Both the position numbers and the translations under genes were made by a program. A stretch of 59,465 nucleotides of DNA, filler included, from Bipalium vagum (Eukaryota): the NCBI GenBank assembly GCA_037834085.1. It is 3 parts of 3 records of this genome, joined end to end, with 100 filler letters (N's around TTAATTAATTAA, not from the genome) between each part and the next. Parts side by side here need not be neighbours in the genome. Positions count along the whole stretch, not along the records: positions 1 to 15,607 come from JBBMKC010156474.1; 2 more parts are not named here. The stretch is one strand, 5' to 3'. Below are positions 1-12,800 of this stretch, piece after piece (positions within the stretch are counted from its first letter, which is position 1; every line of letters begins with the position of its first letter). The notes below the pieces were generated by a model that saw nothing but the letters and a program-made list of their open reading frames with translations, did not search any database and was not told the DNA's origin.

Positions 1-1199
1 TTAAATTCCTAAAATATCTACTTATCTTTCTGTATTACTACTAATAATAATAATGATAATAATAATAATTAATAATTTTAATTAATTAAAGAGAAGGTTT
101 TTATCTTCCACAAATCCTTACATAAAAAATAAAAATTAAAAACACAAAAATCATCACAATTGTCAATAAATAAAATGTTTATTGTGGGATACTCCACAGA
201 ATCAACTTCAGAGGCCAATTGACAAATTAATTAAGATTGATTGAATTCAAGATATCTTCATATCAAAATTGAATACCATTCCGCAGTAACATTCATATTT
301 GTTGGGTTTGCCAAAGGATTTTGTAAAGTGTCATAATTGTAATAAAGTTTTTCTGTGATTGTTTTGATTCATTTTGGGTGCGAACCAAGATAAGGTTTTG
401 TTGGGATTGTTTTGATTCAACCGAATATAGATTTTTGTAATAGTTTCGTTAAAACAAATACGATAGTTACGATGTGAGGAGTTAGAAGTTTGAGCTAAAG
501 TTACTTATTTCATTGAGGAAAATTGTAATATATTGGAAATTTGTTTTACCTGATTTGAAATTTCGAACTTCCAATAAAGTCTGTAATGAAACGAATGTCT
601 TTTAACACATATAATGTCCTGGAATTATTAAAATCTTAAATACTACGGTCATACGACATTTTTATATAGAAACATTTTTCAGTTTTATATTTAGAGAGTT
701 AAGCGAATTTTTACACAGTGATGTATTATTTCATATCTTCTCATATACAAAAGATGTTTCATTTAAGACTTAATAGCAAAAATTATATTTTTATAGAACA
801 AATTAATATTTTTTAATTTTAATATTACAGTTACTTATTACAAACTGTCTATTGCCTATGAAAAAATTATATTAAGCGATATAAAATTTGATTAGGTAAT
901 GCCTAAAATTCATTGGTCCAAGGCTTATCTATACACACTTAATGACAGATCTCGCATACATACATATGAAAATTAATATTTTTCCCACACAATGACTAAT
1001 CTAGTCATAAAATGACCGTACATGATACTGACATATCTGTCAAACAAAGATGAGAGTCCAGAAAAAGTAGTCAATTGTAGAGCATTTAAAATGTATTTCC
1101 AAAACAAGATTCTGTAGCATAGACTGTCGTTTAAAGTTAATTGCTATTCAAATTAAAGACGACTCTAGAGTGTTCAAAAAATCAAAATCTTTTGGAGAT

Positions 1200-1780
1200 T
1201 TCGAATGACGTAATAAGCAAAGACGAACTTGCTGCAGCATCTGTAGAGTTTCTGCCAGGTATGGTGATTGAGGCTATTCTTCTTGAAAGTCTTCTTTTGT
1301 GATTTGTCATTATCGTGGGAAGTTAACGCTGTAGAAGCCAGTGATTTCAGGATTGCATTTTCTTCACTAGATTGTGACCTACAGTGTGACGTAAGACTTG
1401 CATTTTAAATCATTGTTTACCGTTCGACTTACTGTCGACTCAGAAACAGATAGTCAATGGGCAATTTCTCTCATTGATGTTCCGGGACTTTCATGAACAA
1501 CATCCTGGACTTTTTGAACGAAATAAACATTTCTGACAATGTCTGAACGTGAGGAATGTGATTTTCTTTTATATATAGAGGAAAAACTTCGATCAGATGC
1601 CAAAAATTCTTTTCTAATTTTATTGACAAACGATCTGGTCAATAATAATAATACAATAACTTCATGCATTTTCATTTTTTGTGTTAATTCAAAAGTTATC
1701 TCTTCAATTTATAAATTAAAAAATAATTATTTAATATTGTATCCATAAATATTGCAAATCAATTTTAGCGCCACTTAAAA
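1200..1780 (-). mobile_element. Degenerate maT/DD37D-like (Tc1/mariner superfamily) transposase relic
   Basis: Minus frame reads RKSHSSRSDIVRNVYFVQKVQDVVHESPGTSMREIAH*LSVSESTVSRTVNNDLKCKSY (HTH region typical of maT-like transposases). GCGCCACTTAAA at ~1768 matches the TIR core of the element at 12200-12619. Confidence 0.6.
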
Positions 1781-1809
1781 AATTATCATGGTATATTTTA
1801 ACAATTGTC

Positions 1810-2740
1810 CTCAATTCGTGTTAACCTGTAATGAGGTTATCATCGATAATATTTAGAGTATTCATTGTTATTGCTTCTGAGAGAAAATGTTACTCTCTAA
1901 CGATCGAAGATATTTCCGAGATCAACATATGTCAACTCTTCCACAAAACCAGAAACCTTGAAGCAGTTGACGATTGTCTCTGCTTTCACGCTTTCCCATC
2001 CATTCATCAACCACATCAGAGATGAGAGGAGGTTAGTTTTGAAGACCTTCACGTTATGTGAAATCAGAAGTTTTGTCATTAGAACTTTTAAAACTCCATA
2101 TGACACCGTTATTCATTGGCTGAATCTTTGAATCTTTTGCTCTTCTATCAGAAAATGAGAAGAACAGTTGTCCACAACAATTGCAATATGTCGTTTGTCT
2201 TGCTTTGATGATGCAGGAAAGCCTCGGTGGATTGATATTAAACTCATAATGCTTCTTCTTAAGAAATGGAGATGGTTTATTGTGTTCATTAACTTTGTGA
2301 ATAATCTACAGCTTAGTATTATTTGTGAGATCTATTCGCCTGTTTAAACTCGTCATTATTGACTAAAATCGTATATTGTCACTGGACCACTTAAAACTAA
2401 TTAGCGATTTATTTAAAATAAAATTCATTTACAATTTTTATTTATTACTTCAAATTGTGAAACATCATTTTAAGTAGATTTATTAATACAAATATTAAAA
2501 AAAGAATTTTTGCCAATTATACTTAAATTCATCTTGACTTTGTATTAACCAAATCTATGAAAACTGAGAATAATCACCTAGTACCACATGATTATTTGTA
2601 ATAACCGGTAGTTAACCGAATTTTTATTAACCGACTAGTTTAGTAGGTGGTGAAACAGATAAATGTTGTTGACAGAGAAAACTTTTGTAATATTTGATAT
2701 TTCGTGTTAACCAACTTTGTAATAACCGGAAGTAACTGTA
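1810..2740 (-). mobile_element. Degenerate pogo/Tigger-like element
   Basis: Minus-strand motifs RHIAIVVDNCSSH and GWESVKAETIVNCFKVSGF (DDE_1/CENP-B-type transposase C-terminal half). Right end reads TA-CAGTTACTTCCGGTTATTAC on the minus strand, a pogo-type terminus with subterminal ATAACCG repeats. Confidence 0.7.
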
Positions 2741-3059
2741 TTTAAAATCATGAACAAATTTTGCAAAAAGTATTGTATGTTTAAAGATAATAAAATCAAT
2801 CTGATATTAGTTAACTATTTTGTTAAACTCTAGTTAACTCCTTTGCAATCTAGATCAACAATGAAGATTTGAAATCTATGTTAGAAAGCTACATATTTCA
2901 CTATCTATCACATAATTAGGAGTAATATTTTATATTTCTATCCAAACCATTTGAGAACATTTGCGAGAAATAAATGAAGCGAAAAAACTTATTGATGGAT
3001 TCGATATGAATAAACAGAAACTCAACATAAAGACATTTCTTTGCTTTCAAGGAATAAGA

Positions 3060-3685
3060 GTGATCCATTTTGTATCGAATTATTATGTGTAATAAAAAGT
3101 AAATTCTATTTTTCAAGCGTAAGAGATCTGCACAATGACTAGATGCATATGAATCACCCAAACATTCTTTAAAGTCGAAAGTTTATCAAATGTTTGATGA
3201 ACAAGTGGTGGGTTTATGCACTACAGATACATGAAACAATACCAATCAATAACAGCAGATGTCTACTGTAATCGGTTGGAAGAAATAATGAAGAATCTTG
3301 CAAAAAAGCAATCGATATTTGCCAATAAAAGTAGACCAATATTCTTTCAACGTTGAAAATGGAACTCAATTTAAAGTTCTGGAAAGAGATTTAAAAATTA
3401 TTGATCATCCTTATTCCTCACCAACGGACTACCATTTTTCCATAAGTTTGAAAACTTCTTTTAAAAAAAATTCCAATCTTGAGAGACTATCCAAAGTACC
3501 TTTATTGGTTCTCTCAAACCAGAATTTTTTAATAAAGACATCTCCGAACTGCCGTTGAGATAGCGGAAGTTTATTTTAGCTGAGAGCCTTTATTTTGATT
3601 AATTCCATTGTTCCTTGTTAAAGATTTCATTAATAATAGTTTGGTATTAAGTTATTATGTATTTCATACTTTATGAGTTAATAAT
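3060..3685 (+). mobile_element. Degenerate mariner relic
   Basis: ORF 3298-3558 contains IIDHPYSSPTDYHF, a decayed HPPYSPDLAPxDYHLF motif. Multiple stops and frameshifts. Confidence 0.6.
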
Positions 3686-5489
3686 AAATAGTATCTAATC
3701 TCGATATCCAGATTATGTCGATCCACAATTAGAGCCGGTGTAATATAAAAAATAATTTTTGAGTTACAAAGGAAATAGGCTTCCAGCGATTATTAATTGG
3801 TCAATAACTGAGTAGATTCTTCTATGTTCATCGAGATATTTGTTACTAAATTATTTGCATTTAGGTATTTTTGATGAAACAGAATTATATAGTGAGTCAT
3901 ATCCTGCTATATTGTATACTAAATTATAAAAATAGATTCTATATTTACTCGTTATTGTATATGGAAAAGAGATAGCTAAAATTTCGTTGCTCAAAGTTCA
4001 ACACACCTTTCATGATTCAACCTTTAAGAATAATTATAGGTTTGAAATAGCGATAACTTCTTACCAGTTAATGAAGTATTTAAACAAACTTCAAAACAAA
4101 TAATAAGGACTTATAATTAATTAAAGATTTATATTTAAAGTGTGTATACATTTGTTGAGACACTGTATATTGTGGGCTGTATTTAATCATCCTGAGCATT
4201 TGACAAAATATCAATATAAATATTCAAAAAGATATTTAAAATCAAGAACAACTGAATTATTCAATTTAATTTGACTCAATGAAAACAGTAAGAATAGTTT
4301 TTTTATAATTATTCTGGATCTTATTAATTGGACATTTTCATAAGTCTTTTCGATTTATCAAAAATTTTTCAATATAAATTATTATTAATTCATTATTAAA
4401 TTCACTCTAATTTATTTTAGCAGAGTTTAATTTTTAAAAAATATACTAATAAAACTAAAAAATCCAAATATTCTTCGTTATTATTTACTAGAAGGCACTT
4501 TAAACTAAATACTAATTAATCATAAATAAATACTTAAGAAGAACCTTCTTTCACTCTGTCAAGAAAATAACAAATATAAAAATCATGATGAACCAAAATT
4601 TCAGCACAAATAATTGGAGATATGTGATCTTCACTTATGATTTATCCAGACTTCTTCCATAATCTTTTATTTTCTTATTAATAAGAAATCTGTAGTAAAG
4701 TTGAAGAAGCATTTCGAGTTTTTACATTAAATTCAATTGTAATTGTGATAATCAAAATATAAATTAAAATACCATAATTTTTCTCTCATTTATTTAATTC
4801 AGAATCACTTTGTTTAATTTGTAAAATGTTAGTTAAACTAGACCAATACATTTTCATAAACTCAGTGGTAGAGACAACTAAGCCCAATTATACTTTAACA
4901 AGTTTACATAACTGTTAATATAATTTTAAAAATATATGTAGTTTATATCAATATTACTGTAAAATGTTTATATTTTTTATGCAAAACCATATTATTACAG
5001 ACATTTGTCTTCTCTGTTCTCATAGTGTCTTCTTCTATTTCAACCTTTCTTTTTGGTTTTTTATTATTTCTTGTTCCGTTGATTTCTTTCACAGATTTAT
5101 TATATTCGCCATGATATGCATTTTTTTCTTATGAAAAAATTTAAAGTTTAAATATTCTCTATTTGAATAAATTTAGGTAACAAAATTTAAATAAGATATT
5201 TTATCTAATTTTTTTGTCTAGATTTATTTATTTATAATTTAATTAACGATTACTTAGAAACCTAATATCTTAATTTATTAATAATTCATTTACGATTTGA
5301 TTTTTATATTTATTTGCAATTCAGTAAAGAATTTTAGAAAATATTTAGCTTCATGTAAATAACTTGTTTTAATTATTACACTTTTCAAATTTTTAATGTA
5401 ATACTTTAAATATCATAATTTTTAAACTTCGTTTATTTTCCTTATTATAATTATTAAATAAAACCTTATTGTATTTTTCTCAGTTTCAA

Positions 5490-8400
5490 ATGGAACAAAC
5501 TGAAAGTCCATTATCTTCGGATTCTGCCCACACACCTCTTCTAGACGAACATATATCTTGCGAAATAACTGCACCAAGTTAGACATTTATAAATACAAAA
5601 CAGTAAAGAATATATGAAATTTTAGTAAATATTGAAATTGGTGAAAATGTTGATATGATTGAAGAGCAGTTAGACTATGAAGAGTTTATTGAAGTAAAAG
5701 TGAATTGATCTTAACAAATGTTGTCAAGTAAAATAATATTTAATTATAGAATAACGAAGAAGCCAGGGCTGAATCAGAGGCAGAAGAAGGCGAATATACT
5801 TCAGGTGATGATAATGACATAGTAATTTGTGAAGTTGAAGACAAGCAATTACTGGAAAATGGAGAATTACAAATTCTTGATGAAAACAGTAACGATGACA
5901 AGAAGGTAGTATTGTATCTTTTCTTCACAAAATTTGTAACAGTACAATAGTGTGCCGTTGTGAAATCTTTATCAAAACATGGGACAGATAACGAAGTATC
6001 TGATGAAAATGTTGTATTAAAGGATGATGTGAAATGTGATGGAGAATTGGCTGAAGGTGAATTGAAAGCAGAAGAGGAAGAAGTAATAATTGAGGAAACA
6101 CCATGGGAAAGGGGCTTGCGACTTGCACGCGAAGTAAATCCTTATTTTTAATAAATTGATTTTTGAAAAATTTAAAATCCAAAATTAGCGAAGGGAATTA
6201 GCAAAATTAAAAAAGGTCCAAGAAAAAGACAATTTGAGAGATCGACAACTTCACATAAACCTGGACAATATCGAAGAAGTAGAGCCAATATCAAAGCCGC
6301 AAACCGAGAAAAATCACGAGGTAAATCACAAGTTGCTGAAAGCGCTGCAACCCATCGTAATTTTGCCAGAGGAGCCGCGGCCTAATGAAATGTAATGGTG
6401 TTATTGACTTGTAAGCTGATGTGATATTGAGCGTAAATGGTGATAGGCTATTGGAATATTATCTGGCTGAATTAGATTACCAACATCGACCACGATTCAT
6501 TCCGAGTCGATTGTACACACTTGACCCCTGGGAAGTGGAAGAGTGGAAGCGGGAACTCGACATGATGAAAATGGAGAGTGAAATGGAACGAATTGCGTCA
6601 AGTAAACGAAAACGAGTTTTAGACAGTAAATCGTTAAAGGGAAGACGCCAAGGTAGTATGTCGTCCTCAGGATCATCCAGATCAAGTTCCCCATCAGGTT
6701 AATCAATAATCAATAATGGAATAATATACATAAATTACGTTCAGTAGGCAAAGGAATATTTAATCAATCCAATAGGACCTATGAGTTCCAGACATCCCAG
6801 TATGCACTGAGCCGCAACAAACCTAATCTGATGAACAAGAGCGACAAGCCTTTTATGGATGATTCGATGAGGAAGTCTAATGTTCACCACGGTCAGCGTG
6901 ATTTGCCGCCTGAATTCAAGAATCGCATTCTCAGTTCCAGTCGATCATCCAGTCGATCATCGAGTGGGTCACATTCGTCAAGCAGCGGAAGCTCATCGTC
7001 ATCACGGTCTACTTCAAGTCCCCGGGAACTAATCAAGAAGCGCGGGACTGCTGTGTTACCGTCGTCATTGGATCAAAAGAGACATGGATTGTCGACCAAT
7101 CAACCAGCTTATAGGACGATTAAAAAACCCGCACTCGGCAGGGGTCGGTCCGACTCATCATACAGTTCCAGGAGTTCGGATTCCAGCTCCTCGTCTTCAA
7201 ATGGAACTTCATCTCAGTCATCTGACAGTTCTGATGACAGCAGGAAAGGTCGAAAATCGAAAAACGACAAGGAGTTTATCAAATCCTGGTTCACGAAAAC
7301 ACCGCAAAATCAATTGGAAGCGACTATCGTATCAGAATCAACGCTTCCATCATCGACCACTGAAAAGGATGAAGTCAACGGATCTCAGAATCATTCGTCA
7401 AATTTATACGGTATACAAGTTGCTTCATTAAACCGCATGATTAATAAACTTTGGCTTAGATGGGACTGGTGCTAGCAGTGCCCTCGTGATGGGACCTGAT
7501 AACAATGATTGCGAATTGCCATCTGCCAGTACCAGACCAGGGGTGAAGCTGAAATTGGTGACCAGGCCCAAGGTAAGCATATTTGAAAGTGATTTCTGGA
7601 CATATGTATATATATGTCGATTTAGCCCATCATTCTTCCAAACCAAACAACGAAATCCACTTCAAAAAATATGAGCAGTGAGAAAACTCATAAAAAGACG
7701 GATGTAAGCTCAACTACATCGGCCAGTAACACCACTAGTACGGGAATAACAACAACTAAATCGAATACCGCTCATTCGAGTATATTTCAAAACAATAAAT
7801 CAATATTTTCGACATCATCAATAAGCTCTGCCGCTAACAAGTCGAGTGAAATCTCTCAGACCGCTAAAGAAAGTGCACTGAAAAGCAATTTGGCAGCCAC
7901 TAAGTTGGAAATGCAACAGGAATTCCTACGCAATTACAAAGACAAAATAGCAATTTATAGATCCCAATTGAGTTATCAGCAGCAAAATCCAATATCCGGC
8001 CAACATCCTGGTACGTTGATACATACTCAACCTCCACCAATCAAAGGTCCGATAACAGTGATGTCAGTTACTTCCAAAAAGACTGGACCGCCAAAAACCC
8101 ATGTAAAAGTCACCGATCGCTACTCGCAACACGAAGAGCACTCTCATCGACATAATCATCACCACTCCAATTATCGTAATGATTTCCGTGACAATGTTAA
8201 TTCATCATCAAACAGCAATCGCAACAAGTACGAATCGAACCGGAATCGTAGTAGAAGCTTTGAGAACGACAGGCGCGGTGAAAGTGGTGATTGGCGTGTC
8301 GACCGACCGCAAGGAGGAAACTATGATCGTGATCGGAACTATTTTGGCGAAAAAACCGGTATGTTTTCTCGAGATTACGATAATAAATTTCGTCAATCGT

Positions 8401-9059
8401 CAGACAACTTTCGGGCACCTAGAAACAGTAACGCTCACGACTATAATGATAAATTGCGGGACAACAATTATCGTTCATCGTTTAATGATGGTGGTGGAAA
8501 CAAATTTCGTGAATTACAGCATGATAAATACGGACGTGGTGGCGATCGAGGTAGGTTTGAAGGTTCAGATCGAGACAGAGATCGAGGACGCAATGATTTT
8601 GAAAGATCCAATAGATCGGATCGAGGTATGGATGATAGAAATAGAAGAGACGATCGGAGCAATCGGAATCAAAGAGATTTCAATCGTAACAAAGATCAAG
8701 AGCAAGAACAATATGTTAGAAAAGATCGGCCTCGCGATCGATTCCGGGAATCAGATCGAGAATTTGATAATCGCTTTTCAGATAACGTCACCAAAAGATC
8801 GGAAATCGATAGTCGTGATCACAGTTTTGAGTCGTCAAAACCATTGTTACCATCTCGTAATTCACGGAATCTTGATCGCGACAATATTGATTCAACGAGT
8901 AGTACTACAAATCACGCTATTGAAGAAGTTAGTGTTCCGAAACCTGCATTGATTCCTGCTGCAGTAGTTCCCAAAGAAAAACGTCGAGAAGAATTGTTGA
9001 AACAATTGAAAGCTGTTGAAGATGCCATTGCAAAGAAAAAGGCGAAGATTGATAAATAA
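5490..9059 (+). CDS. ZC3H18: ZC3H18-like protein (CBC-NEXT exosome adaptor), ~1052 aa, 9 exons
   Basis: Exons 5490-5577, 5626-5693, 5750-5905, 5951-6133, 6189-6391, 6447-6697, 6748-7410, 7460-7572, 7626-9059 join in frame with GT-AG introns (3159 nt). Family motifs: acidic N-terminus with LDYEE and DGELAEGEL, ETPWERGLRLARE (vertebrate ESAWERGLRHAKE), Ser-rich region, VKLKLV, and C-terminal RREELLKQLKAVEDAIAKKKAKI. Confidence 0.9.
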
Positions 9060-9067
9060 AATAGCTG

Positions 9068-9089
9068 TTATATATATATATATATATAT
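9068..9089. repeat. (TA)n microsatellite in ZC3H18 3' UTR
   Basis: About 10 TA units just after the stop codon. Confidence 0.85.
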
Positions 9090-9807
9090 GCTTCGGTAAT
9101 GAAGATACATTAATGTCCAGTCTCTATCATTTCGCACAGGCACTGTTTCATTAGATCAGTGTGTGTATTTATTATTGTGTCATTCTGATGGTGTTATTGA
9201 TATTTGTTGTAACCTTATCGCGAGCTCTCTTAACGTTTGGGGTAACTGATGTATATTTTTTGTGAATAACATGATAGACTATGTCAAAGGAGTGCGGTCT
9301 CCATCTGTTTGATTAAATATGTTTATCGTTTTATTATTTATAATAAACTTGTTTAGAATAAGTGACGTCTCTTTAATTTCAACTATCCACTATTAAAATA
9401 ATGCAATGTTCCTGAAATTAAATTCATTTTTTGTTGATTTGTAAATCTTCAAATTTTTCTTTGAATATTTTCATTGAAAAATTGTTTATAATGAAATAAT
9501 TTTAAATTAATCTTAATTTTTTACTATTTTAAAATGTAAAATTTTTATTATTATTAGCTAAGGTAAGTTATCAGAAATAAAACAATTATTTGAATTTATT
9601 GAATAAAATTTCATACTAAAGTTATTAAGAAATTACCGCATATAGTTATTTGACACACTTAATAAGAATTAAGTTTCTTTTATTTAATTTTAACTTGGAA
9701 TTAATTAATGTATCATCAATTAATCTAACTAAGTAACTAATTAAAAACATTCTGTAATTTTATCTCTAAATTAAAAAAACTGATTTGTTTTATTATTTCA
9801 AATAGAA

Positions 9808-9820
9808 ATATCTTAGTAAC
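9808..9820 (+). promoter_or_regulatory. Candidate RFX X-box upstream of IFT81
   Basis: ATATCT-T-AGTAAC ends 26 nt before the IFT81 ATG and loosely matches the X-box (good RGYAAC half-site) found at ciliary gene promoters. Confidence 0.35.
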
Positions 9821-9845
9821 CGTAATTTGTTATAAGAATATCTTA

Positions 9846-12800
9846 ATGAGTGAACATTTAAAGTTTATTGTCCAAGAGCTTAATAAGGACCCATTCAATA
9901 AGAATTTTAATATAATCTCATTTGATTCTTTGGAACCTTTACAGCTTCTGCAAGTTATTAGTGATGTGATTGCTATTATTGACAGTAAAGTAAGATATAC
10001 TCATTTTCTGTCACAATTTTATTTTTCCCAGAATAAAATCGATATTCGCGAGGAGTCTATAGAACAGACATGTATCCGATTTATGGAAATGCTACATATA
10101 TTCCGTTACAAGCCGGCTACAGACCAAAGTTCTGTGTAAATGAAGTATAACGTATCCAAACGAATATTTAATTTAATTTTATAGAAATAATTTAATGCAA
10201 GGGTTAGTTATAGGGGATAAATTAGTTATTTTTCCACTACTTAATTGGCTTTTGTCTCATATTTCTGATTTGAAAAAGAGAGCATATTTATCACGCTTTA
10301 TGGTTATGATTCAAGTTCCAAGCGAATTTTTACAAGACGATGATGTTTCTAGACTCTATGAACAGGTAGTAATCTTATTAATATATATTTTATACTGAAC
10401 CTTTCTTTTAATTTGTGATTAAAGTAATAAATATTATACGAAAATTTTTCGAAGTACTTTGAGGTAAGCATTTTGAAGTTTTGGATACGATCACAAGGAA
10501 TGTAAAATGAGTCACAGTTGCTTGCGCAAAAACAGCGAGAATGTCACTTCAAAATTGGGTACTCATTTATCAATCTCTTTCACGTTTTTAATTCATTTAA
10601 GAGTTGAGGGTCTATTGAATGATCGACATTGACTTTCTCTGTGACTTCTCTCGTGGTTTTTGATTGATGCATTATCCATTTTTCTATCCGTTTCCCTAGG
10701 TCTTAATTCATTGTTAAGTTATTGTCTAGAAAAGTAATAATAATATTTATTGTAAATCAATTATTATACAAAATACGTAATTAAATGTAAGTTTTCGAAT
10801 GGTAGCAAAATTTAAGTAATGTTTAATAAATAAAAAATGTTTAATAATGTTTCAATAAATTTTAGAAATAATTAAATACGATATTATTTTTGCACCTACC
10901 TAATAAATGAAAAATACTTGATGATATCTCTGGCTGGTATAAAAATGATGATTGTGTTTTCCCAAATACCTTAAATTTAATTAGCTCAATTCAAGCAATT
11001 TGCCAGATTCTTGTAAATTTTGTTAAGGGGATATATATATATTATTCAGGTTGTACGAATTTCAGAAAATCTCGCTGCGGGACATCCCTAATAGCTTTTT
11101 GGCATCTTCTTTATTTCTGAAAGATTTATCTGAGATTTATTGTTAAGCATGAAAAAACGAAAGGTTCACGATGTGATGGTGCAAGACGAAAAATTTTCAT
11201 TAACTTTTCTCGGGTGACTTTTTTAATCTGTCATAGAGCTAAAGATGTCTTATCAATTTCTTGAACATATTTCTCGGTACCATTTTGGTTTTAATCTAAT
11301 ACAAAAAGATGTAACAATTGAAACTCAATTGCAGATAATTTCAATTTTTAGATGTCATAACGATTTGGGATATGTCAAGTTCCAATTATTGAGATAATTA
11401 TACAATATCTTATTATCACATAACTTGTGATTTACTCAGGAAAAAGTCTTTGTGGAACAAAGAAGTCTGGAGTAGATTTCAGAACCGCTATTCTTTTGGA
11501 ATCAGGTTACTTCTGGGACATACATTTGTCGAGCTTTATTCTCATCGAACCATGCACAGTTTGGTCGCTTTGTACCAATAGTTCTATGGTAAATCCACCT
11601 TTTTTTTAGGGATAACAAGGTAGATAACAAAATCTAGAAAATTCCTGGTCTCTGTAACACTATCGATGTTTTTTGGATTTTTGTTTAGGTTGTGAGGAAC
11701 CCAATCGAAAAGAACGCTTCGTCTTTTAAAATCATCTGTCAATATTCGATAAATGGTTAAATGGCTCAAAACTGTACATTCAGTAAGAGAATCTCTAGAA
11801 ACATGAATATATAAGTTCAATAAGAAGTTAAATATTCTCAACAGTCCGCGAAAAACTTGGTCTATCATCACGTTCCTTGTCTCCAAAAGATGTTCGGTTT
11901 CCGGAAGCAAAATATGTAAACAGACGATACATAAACTGTAGTGATATGGAAGCATTATCCCAGATTTTAGTGACAAATTATGAGTATCTGTAGCAGTCAT
12001 ATAATTTCTCCGATACGTATCAACAATTAAATGAATATCAATTCTACTAACTACCATCTAAAATAAGTAATAAATTTTTCAAACACAAATTTATAACTGC
12101 TTTTAAAGTTCTACTCAGATCACATGTTGATACATAAGGACTTAAGTTAAACCTCTTTATAACGACACCCTTTGGGAACGATCAAACTTTCGTTATATAC
12201 AGGGTGCGCCACTTAAATCGAGAAGATAATAATTGTTACAAATCTTACATTTTAAATTAGAAAAGTAATTTTCTCCATTGTTTAAATTAATCATTTAATC
12301 ATTAACTTGTAAATTATAAATCAAATTTTAGAAATGAATTCCGAAAATGAATGCAGGGCTGCCATAATTGTAGCACTACGTGCTGGAAGCACGCGCATGG
12401 AAATTGCCAATTTTTAAAAACTGTCAATATCAACGGTATATGAAGTGGCCCGGAAATATTATAATCAACCAGTATCACTAAGACAAATTCACAACCTGTA
12501 AAGATAAATCTGTAAATTTTGAAAGCTATAAATAAATTTTATAATTTGCTTGATCATTACTAAAATATATTCAACTTTTGTTTTACTGATAATTTTCCTG
12601 ATTTAAGTGGCGCACTCTGAAGAGTTTCCACTGTATTACTGTCACATATAGTAATGTACTAGGCAAGTTGTTTGTCAGATTCAACACTTAATATAGAAAT
12701 ACCATGACTTTCTTACATTTTTGGAACAACCTAAGTAAATGTGCAATCCTTATCTACCATTAAAAGTTTTGTCTAAAAAAGTCTAATAATTGAAATATTC

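Larger units (their letters stand above)
11045..12737 (-). mobile_element. Decayed mariner carrying nested insertions
   Basis: Imperfect TIRs (TTCAGGTTGTACGAA.. / ..TTTGGAACAACCTAAG). Minus-strand start at 12057 and WVPHNL motif at ~11700. Confidence 0.65.

Noticed and set aside
180-600. Possible transposase relic
   Set aside because: Only a weak NVTAEWY-like remnant. Too degenerate to call.
4999-5125. Lys/Glu-rich minus-strand open stretch divergent from ZC3H18
   Set aside because: No clear start, partner exons or recognisable family.
8179-8952. 257-aa overlapping ORF in an alternative frame of the ZC3H18 last exon, plus antisense ORFs
   Set aside because: Explained by shifted Arg/Asp codon repeats (GAT CGA gives Ile/Glu). 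No motif or independent signals.
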